From Paraspadella gotoi (Eukaryota > Animalia > Chaetognatha), in NCBI GenBank assembly GCA_051294375.1, contig CM119266.1, positions 17,044,087 to 17,108,086 of the forward strand: 64,000 nt of DNA, read 5' to 3'. Both the position numbers and the translations under genes were made by a program. How positions within the stretch are numbered: position 1 is the stretch's first letter; each line of letters starts with the position of its first letter. The notes beneath the pieces are model-generated. The model worked only from the letters and a program-made list of their open reading frames with translations, ran no database searches and was not told the origin of the DNA. Below are positions 53,801-62,763 of the stretch, piece by piece.

Positions 53801-56800
53801 TCAAAATTCGAGTAGTCGATTGTGAATATGTAAGCGAGAATTTAAAAATAGTTTTTGTAACTTAACTACACAATGGCTTTTGGATGTAATAAGAATCATA
53901 CCCATTTTTCCAGAGTGTCAAGCGATTTACCAGCTTGAACTGCCAATGTCATATTTGAAGCACAATAATACTTATTAAAGAACTCTCTTAAGAATTTTTC
54001 CAAATCCAAACCAAAGATAGAAGGAGTTTCGCGAAGTGTTTTTCTGAAAGGAATTTAAAATTAATCGCAAAAGTACGACCAATATTAGTAGCAGGGAGGC
54101 AGACAGAACCAAAAGAAAACCGTCTTCGGAAGTAAAAGGAGTGTAAAGCGAGTGTTTGCTATAGGTTTTAGACACCACCACATAAAAAGTCTAACTTTAG
54201 TTGTCCTTGTACCTGCTATACCCTCCCCACAAGTGCATTTTTAGATAATTTTAAAACGGAAAGTTATAAATTTTTTTAAACATGCAGAGTAGAGTGGAGC
54301 ACTCAAGAACAAAAAATTTATTTGAATGATCGAACAATGATATTTAGATGTGAGATAGTATGATGATTGCAGAGTGCATTAAGGAGACAGAATTTTAAAA
54401 TAAACGCTTACTTGCTTCCATCCACAAATCGTGACATTGGGTGATTTTTTCGTATCATGCTTTTTAGCACCTAAAAATATAATTAATAAAAGAGTTGTTT
54501 CAGTCAATTAACAAAGATAATTATAGAATTACTTTGTTCATATTGTTTGGGAAACAAAACTAACAAATATAGTAAATTATTAAAATAATTGGTGTGGTTC
54601 TAGTTGGTTGGCGAGGACCCCCATTGGCGACCTCGCCAGTGATAAAAGTAGTGAATATAATGAAAGGCGTGAGGCTCGCGGCTGATGTTGAGGCACGGGG
54701 ATAAACGCATCACTCACGGGCCCCAACCCTAACCCTAACCCGGGCCTCCCGTTCAACTCCATGGCTCTCCCCCAACCCTGACCCGGGCCTGGGCCTCCCG
54801 TACATCTCCGTGCCTCAACCCTAACCATAACCACCTTCGACGTAACCTTGGGCCCCTCCCAACTCGGGCCTACAGTTTAACTCCATGCCTCTCCCCCAAC
54901 CCTAACCCGGGCCTCCAGTTCAACTCCATGCCTCTCCCACAACCCTAACCCGGGCAGGGGCCTCCCGTACATCTCCATGCCTCAACCCTAAATGTTAACG
55001 ATGTAGTAAAAAAGCTCACCTGAATCACTCTTTCATCATCATCTTGTTTCGTTTTGCAAAACTCACTGAAAAGTTAAATTATTTATTTTCATTTAGATAA
55101 TTTTATATGTTCTATTAGCCGAATCAGATCAATATAAATGCAGAAAATGTTTGACTATTTTCTATGCTTCTTGGGTTGTATCAAATAATATTTAAATATT
55201 ATTGTGATATAAATCCTTTCTTTTCGTTGTTTGGGACGATTAGAGACAGTTTGAGTTTAGTTTTGACAACGATTTTTATTTAATTCAAAACAGACATGTT
55301 TCGGCTTCATTTCAAGCCTTCATCAGCGTTGTGAAAAAATACAAAAAATATAGAAAAATGGAAAAGATGGTTAATCATATAGTGTGTTCTTAAAAATGTA
55401 TAAAATTTTATTTTATCTTGTGGCGGTATATTCACACCGCCTAACGTCCTCCTTCGTTCAGCCAAATCCATTGGCTCAGAGGGGGAACACACCATCCCAG
55501 GTGTAGTGTTCCATCCACAGTCCTAACGACTTCCCTCTGTTTTGGCAAAGCGAGACCGTCCTAGGGTAACCGCGCCAGTGACTGGAGGCGTCACTGAGGG
55601 TCGGAAGCCCCCAAAGCCAACAGTGAGATGCCCCATCCCAATGGGCATCACAGGCAACCCGGCTGTTGCTATAAGTGGTGAGCCCTACTATCGAACATGC
55701 AACCTTCTCAGGGTACGCTACAACAAATGTCTATGCCCTGCCAACTTTGGGTACGCTACGACAAATGCCTATGCCCCTGGGGTATGCTACAACAAATGCC
55801 TGTGCCCCACAACTCGCACTCTCTCTCTCTCCCACTATGGTAACAGTCTTGTCAGACACCTCACAGGCTAGAGGAACCTGAGTTATGTCTTGGCCCAGGG
55901 ATTCTGTGGTGGTATATTCACACCGCCTCATGTCCTCCATCGTTTAGCCAAATCCAATGGCTCAGAGGGGGAACACTCCATCCCAGGCGTAGTGTTCCAT
56001 CCACAATCCTAATGACTTCCCTCTGCGTTGGCAAAGCGAGACCGACCTAGGGTAATCGCGCCTGTGACTGGAGGCGTCACTGAGGGTCGGAAGCCCCAAA
56101 AGTCAACTGTGAGATGCCCCATCCCAATGGGCATCACAGGCAACCCGGCTGTTGCCACAATCTACTCATTAGCGGAAAAACGAAAATGGAGTTTTCTACA
56201 ACGATTTGTTTTATTTAACTATGAACATGTTTCGACTTGTAATTTCAAGTCTTCATAAGCATTTTTATCAATTTTCGTTTTTCCTCTAACCTTCTTACAC
56301 AACGAAACGAAAGGATAAATTCAATAGATCTACTCATTATAAATTTTGGACTCGCCATAATGAGTCAGGTTACCTTCACTTACACATACATTTCATACAT
56401 TACATTCTATATTTAGTACCATTTTGTATACGAACAGGTCATCCATAATTTAAGGTTAAAAAGTATCTGGTACTGGGCACTAATGAATCTGATGATAAAC
56501 AAAATACGTACCTGTCAACAATTTGTATTTCTTTATCAATCCTTTCCGGTTTCAGCAAAGGATCTATAAAAAACTAAAGAAATAATAATGTTCAAAATTT
56601 AAAAGTTAGTTTTAGGAGAGAATTCTGTAAGGTTATAATGGTAAATAGAAGGTTACAGATTTGATTCTCTGAATTAGTTTTATTAAAAGGATTTTTTATG
56701 ATTTATAAATGTGCAGTTTTTACAATAAAAAGTACATAAATATATTCATTATTGGTCTTACCAATTTAATAAGTAACTCTCTGACAATATTAATTATGCA

Positions 56801-59800
56801 GCTGTGACTACTGGACACAGTAACAAAAGAATTTAGATCACTTATAAGGAATACAACAAATTATAAAATTACTTGAGCGAATCTCGACATTGATTGTTTT
56901 AAACCATCAACATTAACTTTAAATTGAAAGGTAGTTTCCTCAAGATCAGTCCAAGCGTTACAAGAGCCTCCATTTCTATTGTAAAGATCTCTTGTTAGCT
57001 GGCATATTGTTCATCTTTTTAAAGACGGTTCTTCTTTTACTTTTTTTTAACCGCAATTCACGCAGTACAAGCATTTAAAAAACTGCTGTAATTGGGGCTT
57101 TTTAAGCCTGATATGGACAATTTTTATGAATGTATCACTATAGAGAACTATAGAATCCAAAACACACAACTCTCACTTAGAATAGATCAACTTTCTCATA
57201 CTTCCAAAGAGTGAACGTGCAGAAGGCAAGGGGAGACAAGTGAGCCCAATGGTAATGTATTCTAACTCTTTTGGGGAGACCCCCATGTATTAGATGAGGA
57301 ATATATATATATATAATATATACTTTGTGTATAAACTATAAATCTTATATAAAATTTTAGAATTCAAATTTAAATTTTGCTTTTTAAATAAATGAATAAA
57401 TGATGAAAGCCTAATGAGTAATGTTAATCCCCTAAAAAATCGGAAAGTCCCTGTGTATTATTATTTTATGGAAGTATATATATCGTATTAGTAGTTTTCA
57501 ACTATTGTATAAATCTATTTCTACAAAATTTTTATTTGTTTAATAGGCAAATTCTTGTATTGATATAGTACATTTTATAACTAACTTGTCCAAAAATATA
57601 TCGAATTCTCCAATTTCTGGATAACGTTTACTACCAAGAAATAGAACGTGTTCCAATAAATGTGCTAGACCTGCGAAAAATAATTATTATTATTGATTTA
57701 TTATTAATGCAATTGTAGCTCGTATTGCCCAGGTTCATCCCGCCAATCGAAGTAAAGACCAGTTTGAATAAAACGCTAAATGGGCTAAAGAAGACTTGTT
57801 GATAAGGCGCTAAGCAGGGGCGGCGAGAGGGGGTAACACCCTCGCCTCAGGCCAGGGCCCCAGGAGGGCCCCCTCATGGTTAAAAATAAGCGCTAAATCT
57901 CATCTAGTCAGAAGGTTTAACAAATTTAGACCCCTCGCTCAGACTAGAGAGGCGCAATGATTGTGATTTAAAAAAAGTTTCAGTAAAACACCAATGCCAT
58001 GATGCAAGTCCTGGAGCCATAAGTTTGAGCACTGGAGCAATTTTCAAGGCAGAAAGTCCGTAATCGAAAACTAAAATCTAAAATTATGGAGAGCAGGGGG
58101 TGGGCCGGCAAGGGGGCCAGTGGAGGGGTCCGCCATTTTCTCTCGCCGCCCCTGGCGCTAAGACTATTCTCAACTTCTTTAAACCCCTGTCGCAGCAACG
58201 AAATCCCTTGCTTGGAACCTGGCTTGAGTTTTTTAAAGCCTCCAAAACGGTTTAAGGCCATTTTCACGCAATGTCCTCTATATGTCCAGGATTTTAACCC
58301 ACCCTACGGCTGTTTCCAGTGAAGAGAGGGGAGCAATCTTCAGCAAGTCCAGGGGACTGGAATTAGAAGAATGGCATATGCTTGACAGGAAGGGCTTACC
58401 AGTGTGGATAAGGCATTAAGTGGGCTGAAGATGCTTGCTTGCTAGCTTTTTTAAGTTATTATTTTTTTATCATTTTCATTAATTTTTTTATCAAATATTG
58501 ATAAAAACGAAGAGCAGTTTTTCATACTAATAGAAAAGTACTTGACTTTTTTTTTCCAATTCGTACATTCCAGCAAAGGATAGTTTCTATGTTATAAACA
58601 TTTTCCTAAGAGGGTAAATTTCCAAAGAAGAATTTTTTACTTGGAAATTTCTACTTTGAAAGTGGATCTTACTATCAATCCTTTAGTTCCCATTAAAACA
58701 ATTGAATTTTTTTTCATGCTTCATTTTTATAATTATTAAGATACTGTAGTAATTGTATCGGGATATAATATGAATAATACTTAATAATAATCATTACGTT
58801 TTCCATTTAAAATCTATTAAAAAAAATTCAGCTTGGGGACGACTTTGTTGATAAATAATAGTTACCTTAGTAAATAAGTTGGGTTTTACATGAAATTTTT
58901 TTTAATAATAACAAATCATCGAACTGACTTTTTATCAATATTTTTTAAAATTTTTATAACAGTTACTTCATAATCAGCGTTAAAAATTGTTAAATTGTTA
59001 AAAACTTAAAATTTGGACGAAAAAAAATGAAGAAAAGTGACTCCGCGCTTGAAAGCCACCGTGAAATTTGAACATTCTTTTAGGTCAACATAAACGTCAA
59101 GTAGTTTTTTAACTAATAAAGGCAATAAAAATAATATTCCATGAAAGAATTACGAGTTTAATCAAGTCTTTTTGTATCGCTCCCGATCAAGTCCCTGTAG
59201 TCAGTTAGTTACCCAAAATACTATCAGGGTCACAAAAGGACCCAACGCCGACAGTGAGGGCCACCGCGGCCAAGTTTTCTTCCCTGATGGCCGAGGACAT
59301 TTTTTTGTCTCTTTTTCCCGGTTTCCTTCTGTTGCAGACCGGAGCGGAAGATCGCGGTTTGAAGTGTCTTATAGCTGCGGTTATTAGAAGTGGTAAATTG
59401 GTAATACGTAAAATTGTTCTCTGCCTTTCTGCTTTTCTCACCCGTTTTATTATTCAACCTTTTGTTCAGTTTTTCGGATCGCGGAATATTTTCTGGACCC
59501 TCCAAACTAGTATAGGAATGCTCATCATTGGATTCGTTCCTGCTGGTTGACTCTAACACGAAGGGTTTCGATACCTGTTGTTAAAAAACGCTTATATTAA
59601 CTTATCTAACTACAATGCAGGTAATTTTGCTAAATGACTTTAACGCTGGGCTTCACGTAGTCTTCAATCAGTATAGCGGTTAGGCCATTATGCAGCTTGA
59701 TTATTCTATAGTTTTTCTTGTCGCATGGCGACTGAATTGGCGAATCTAGCAGCGTTACTTGCTGTGTAACCTTCCAACGGGGCATTTTAGATCTATTCTG

Positions 59801-59923
59801 ACAATCGCTATTTTTTAAATATAATTTCTAAGGATTGGCCAAAGGATATAAAAGTTTAATTGAATAACTTACGCAAAAGTTGGGAATATTCTTACACTCT
59901 CTACCGCGAAACATATGAAGCAT
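35861..59923 (-). CDS. NRDC: Nardilysin-like (insulysin family, M16A) zinc metallopeptidase, about 28 exons
   Basis: Exons include 59873-59923 (tentative start), 59639-59827 SPCDKKNYRIIKLHNGL, 59442-59574, 59213-59374 AAVALTVGVGSFCDP, 57586-57670 GLAHLLEHVLFLGS (HxxEH), 56873-56975 GGSCNAWT, 56512-56573 and 55020-55065 VDSEF, 54412-54470, 53902-54043, 53422-53601, ~52142-52300 LTDEG, ~48726-48876 FHLPAANKY, 41300-41521 and 40086-40208 LRSKEQLGY, and 35861-36201 RKLSVHV..DIQEFK..TGA. An insertion after ILIED points to nardilysin rather than IDE. Confidence 0.88.
38090..38360. repeat. Foldback TTAGGG-like repeat
   Basis: G-rich GGGTTAGGGTTGAGGG then C-rich AAACCTAACC; related to 5820-6120. Confidence 0.6.
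40552..40819 (-). mobile_element. Twister-bearing element family 2, copy 1 of a tandem pair (twister 40603-40667)
   Basis: Intact P5 TTATCTTGT/GCAAGATAG, T1 TGGA/TCCA, T2 AC/GT and P1 palindrome AGGCCT. Confidence 0.8.
40877..41123 (-). mobile_element. Twister-bearing element family 2, copy 2 of a tandem pair (twister 40928-40992)
   Basis: Nearly identical to 40552-40798, offset by 325 bp. Confidence 0.8.
42340..42810. repeat. 24-bp tandem (GGGATTTGGTTAAAGAATAGGTTA x3) plus a TAACCC-like tract
   Basis: Direct repeats at 42345-42420; CCCTAA-like units at 42600-42810. Confidence 0.7.
43790..43940 (-). mobile_element. Diverged family-2 element with a conserved twister core (43800-43860)
   Basis: TTATCT..GT-GA-TGGA-GGCCT-TAA-AC-C-AC-CTTAG-CCT-G-TCCA-AA-GT-T-AGG-AGATAA. 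Confidence 0.75.
44325..45152 (-). mobile_element. Solo LTR of the twister-TRIM, split by a ~570-bp AT-rich foldback element
   Basis: 44325-44491 and ~45058-45152 match the LTR. The insert has nested imperfect inverted repeats; the twister core is mutated. Confidence 0.8.
45779..46346. mobile_element. MITE with ~33-bp TIRs and an internal (TAACCC)-like array
   Basis: TCCTGGAGTTGACTACGTTCTGGAGGCTT versus AAGCCTCCAGAACGTATTCAACTCCAGGA. Confidence 0.8.
46470..46710 (-). mobile_element. Family-3 element with a decayed twister-like motif
   Basis: TAA-AC-C-GC..GAGGG/CCCTC..CCTG-GTTCCAAGCT-CAGG; related copies at 48255-48355 and 58160-58430. Confidence 0.55.
47038..47558. repeat. ~520-bp direct duplication; second copy at ~49569-50078
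   Basis: Both begin TAGGACTAAGCTCTGAC and end CAGTCTATTTGTTCTGGCTT; they sit in different introns. Confidence 0.85.
47860..47985 (+). mobile_element. 5'-truncated family-2 element consisting mostly of the twister (47870-47934)
   Basis: Same core and same 3' end as 14582-14912. Confidence 0.8.
48290..48350 (-). ncRNA. Type-P5 twister-like motif (family 3), probably inactive
   Basis: GT-GC-GGAT-GGCCA-TAA-AC-T-GC-C-TTAGGGC/GCCCTGA-..CTG-G-TTCC-AA-GC-C-TAG; P1 palindrome TGGCCA. Confidence 0.55.
51928..52031. repeat. Inverted repeat of pseudo-LTR-like sequence
   Basis: AAAAGTTTGAAATAGTTCAACA / TGTTGAACTATTTCAAACTTTT. Confidence 0.7.
54592..54990 (-). mobile_element. Second copy of the TTAGGG-like-containing element
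   Basis: Reverse complement of 22185-22598. Confidence 0.7.
55293..55326 (-). ncRNA. Minimal type I hammerhead ribozyme (Penelope pseudo-LTR type)
   Basis: CTGATGA-A-GGCTT(gaaatg)AAGCC-GAAAC-AT-GTC; palindromic stem III ACATGT; stem I TTCACAACG/TGTTTTGAA. Confidence 0.85.
55542..55620 (+). ncRNA. Type-P5 twister ribozyme in the 5' LTR (predicted cleavage 55567/55568)
   Basis: TTGGC-AAA-GCGA-GA-CCGT-CCTAGGG-TAA-CCGC-GC-CAGTGAC(..)GTCACTG-A-GGG-TCGG-AA-GC-CCC-..GCCAA. Confidence 0.8.
56027..56107 (+). ncRNA. Type-P5 twister ribozyme in the 3' LTR (predicted cleavage 56053/56054)
   Basis: P5 GTTGGC/GTCAAC, P2 GCGA/TCGC, T1 CCGA/TCGG, T2 GC/GC, P4 GGG/CCC; catalytic GA and UAA present. Confidence 0.85.
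56223..56259 (-). ncRNA. Decayed hammerhead (CUGA to CUUA)
   Basis: CTTATGA-A-GACTTG(aaatta)CAAGTC-GAAACATGTT. Confidence 0.65.
57815..58154. mobile_element. hAT-type MITE, 340 bp
   Basis: 15-bp TIR CAGGGGCGGCGAGAG / CTCTCGCCGCCCCTG and a perfect 8-bp TSD GCGCTAAG. Confidence 0.9.
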
Positions 59924-60163
59924 TCTTTATTTCTAATTTTAATAATTTTAGTGGTGTTAATGTATGAAATAATTTCCAATTCAGAAAGAATTATTTTATT
60001 TTTACTTCTTCGTACATGTTTCGGACGTAATTAGCATTACGTTTATGACATATCAGTTAACCGTTTAAAATTGTTATTTTAATAAATAACGAGTAAAATC
60101 GGTTAATTTTACTATAATAACTTAATATTATAAGAGTAAAAAAGATACAAATTTTAAAAAAGG

Positions 60164-62022
60164 TGCAAGTTGAAGAACAAGATGCAAGTTGAAGAACAAG
60201 ATGCAAGTTGAAGAAACAAGATGCAAGTTGAAGAACAAGATGCAAGTTGAAGAACAAGATGCAAGTTGAAGAACAAGATGCAAGTTGAAGAACAAGATGC
60301 AAGTTGAAAAACAAGATGCAAGTTGAAGAACAAGATGCAAGTTGAAGAACAAGATGCAAGTTTGAAGAAACAAGATGCAAGTTGAAGAACAAGATGCAAG
60401 TTGAAGAACAAGATGCAAGTTGAAAAAACAAGATGCAAGTTGAAGAACAATATGCAAGTTGAAGAACAAGATGCAAGTTGAAGAACAAGATGCAAGTTGA
60501 AGAACAAGATGCCAGTTGAAGAACAAGATGCCAGTTGAAGAACAAGATGCCAGTTGAAGAACAAGATGCAAGATGAAGAACAATATGCAAGTTGAAGAAC
60601 AAGATGCAAGTTGAAGAACAAGATGCCAGTTGAAGAACAAGATGCAAGTTGAAGAACAAGATGCCAGTTGAAGAACAAGATGCAAGTTGAAGAACAAGAT
60701 GCAAGTTGAAGAACAAGATGCAAGTTGAAGAACAAGATGCAAGTTGAAGAACAAGATGCAAGTTGAAGAACAAGATGCAAGTTGAAGAACAAGATGCAAA
60801 GTTGAAGAACAAGATGCAGTTGAAGAACAAGATGCAAGTTGAAGAACAAGATGCAAGTTGAAGAACAAGATGCAAGTTGAAGAACAAGATGCAAGTTGAA
60901 GAACAAGATGCGAGTTGAAGAACAAGATGCAAGTTGAAGAACAAGATGCGAGTTGAAGAACAAGATGCAAGTTGAAGAACAAGATGCAAGTTGAAGAACA
61001 AGATGCAGTTGAAGAACAAGATGCAAGTTGAAGAACAAGATGCAGTTGAAGAACAAGATGCAAGTTGAAGAACAAGATGCAAGTTGAAGAACAAGATGCA
61101 GTTGAAGAACAAGATGCAAGTTGAAGAACAAGATGCAAGTTGAAGAACAAGATGCAAGTTGAAGAACAAGATGCAAGTTGAAGAACCAAGATGCAAGTTG
61201 AAGAACAAGATGCAAGTTGAAGAACAAGATGCAAGTTGAAGAACAAGATGCAAGTTGAAGAACAAGATGCAAGTTGAAGAACAAGATGCAAGTTGAAGAA
61301 CAAGATGCAAGTTGAAGAACAAGATGCAAGTTGAAGAAACAAGATGCAAGTTGAAGAACAAGATGCAAGTTGAAGAACAAGATGCAAGTTGAAGAACAAG
61401 ATGCAAGTTGAAGAACAAGATGCAAGTTGAAGAACAAGATGCAAGTTGAAGAACAAGATGCAAGTTGAAGAACAAGATGCAAGTTGAAGAACAAGATGCA
61501 AGTTGAAGAACAAGATGCAAGTTGAAGAAACAAGATGCAAGTTGAAGAACAAGATGCAAGTTGAAGAACAAGATGCAAGTTGAAGAACAAGATGCAAGTT
61601 GAAGAACAAGATGCAAGTTGAAGAAACAAGATGCAAGTTGAAGAACAAGATGCAAGTTGAAGAACAAGATGCAAGTTGAAGAACAAGATGCAAGTTGAAG
61701 AACAAGATGCAAGTTGAAGAACAAGATGCAAGTTGAAGAACAAGATGCAAGTTGAAGAACAAGATGCAAGTTGAAGAACAAGATGCAAGTTGAAGAACAA
61801 GATGCAAGTTGAAGAACAAGATGCAAGTTGAAGAACAAGATGCAAGTTGAAGAACAAGATGCAAGTTGAAGAACAAGATGCAAGTTGAAGAACAAGATGC
61901 AAGTTGAAGAACAAGATGCAAGTTGAAGAACAAATGCAAGTTGAAGAACAAATGCAAGTTGAAAGAACAAGATGCAAGTTGAAGAACAAAATGCAAGTTG
62001 AAGAACAAAATGCAAGTTGAAG
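60164..62022. repeat. 19-bp tandem satellite (GCAAGTTGAAGAACAAGAT), about 98 copies
   Basis: Highly homogeneous array with occasional 1-bp indels and substitutions. Confidence 0.97.
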
Positions 62023-62709
62023 GAAAAGAGGGAATTTGAAAAAAAGAGGCAAGCTCTGTCAAAATCGTTTCAACACCCTTAGCGCAATCATAACCTTCAT
62101 AACAGCCTACACAGCATACTGAAAGATGCTGAGGGGAGAGCATTTAAATAAATCATAAACTTATAATTTGATAAAGCAATGTGGTTACCAGGATAGAGGC
62201 TCCCCTACCGCCAGAAACTTTCTCTCCCCCGGGTTTTCTCTTCCCTCTCCTCATCCCCGAAACACAAATATAGGTTCTTGGAGATGGGCATCACAACAGC
62301 TCTCTAGGTCTCGGGGTCCATGAAACTTCCCTCTCCCTTCTCCCCTTTTTACCATCTAAAAAAATTAAAATGTTTAAGAATTTACATTAGATTTTTTTTC
62401 AGTAGCTTCTGCTTCCATTTTTTCGTAGGTCAAATAGTTTAGAAGTTAGAGGCTAAAAAAGATCGCTTCCTCAAGTGAAAATGGCAAAAAAAAATCATAT
62501 TTAGTTTTCTATTATTTTTAATATTGAATTATTTGTTTTTAATTCAAATTGAGTTATTTTTTTTCATTTTTTTAATTTTGGGAATGCCAGAGGCAGGGCA
62601 CCTCTCTTTGTTTCATAAAGGTGCCATTGTAGCTTTCAGAAAAGATGCGTAACATCAGCAGCGGGGCTAAAAAAGTGTAGAAAAACATATCACCGTCATA
62701 CCTCAATTC

Positions 62710-62763
62710 AAGAGCATGCCCAGATGATTGCAGGCAGTAATCGATGACGAGGGAAGGTATATA
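62710..62763 (+). mobile_element. Tc1/mariner transposase C-terminal relic
   Basis: Reads KSMPR*LQAVIDDEGRYI, matching SMPRRLQAVI..GG; premature TGA. Confidence 0.7.

Larger units (their letters stand above)
55419..56159 (+). mobile_element. Complete non-autonomous LTR element (TRIM/retrozyme-like) with a type-P5 twister in each LTR
   Basis: LTRs 55419-55673 and 55905-56159 (255 bp each, about 20 substitutions, no indels). TGTGG..CCACA termini, with the 5' LTR end mutated to CTATA. ATCT target-site duplication; PBS-like TGGTGAGCCC at 55676; 231-bp non-coding interior. Confidence 0.9.

Noticed and set aside
55542-56258. ORFs beginning MAKRDRPRV in both LTRs
   Set aside because: TTG starts and no homology; the sequence is explained by RNA structure (twister and hairpins).
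59230-59559. Apparent frameshift in the nardilysin N-terminal region
   Set aside because: Resolved by a 67-nt GT-AG intron (59375-59441) with a CTAAT branch-like site.
60164-62022. CRISPR-like array
   Set aside because: Repeats are head-to-tail with no unique spacers, there are no cas genes, and the context is eukaryotic.
60057-62143. Three overlapping 630-670 aa minus-strand ORFs
   Set aside because: Artefact of a 19-bp repeat that has no stop codon in any minus frame; scattered 1-bp indels show no frame selection.
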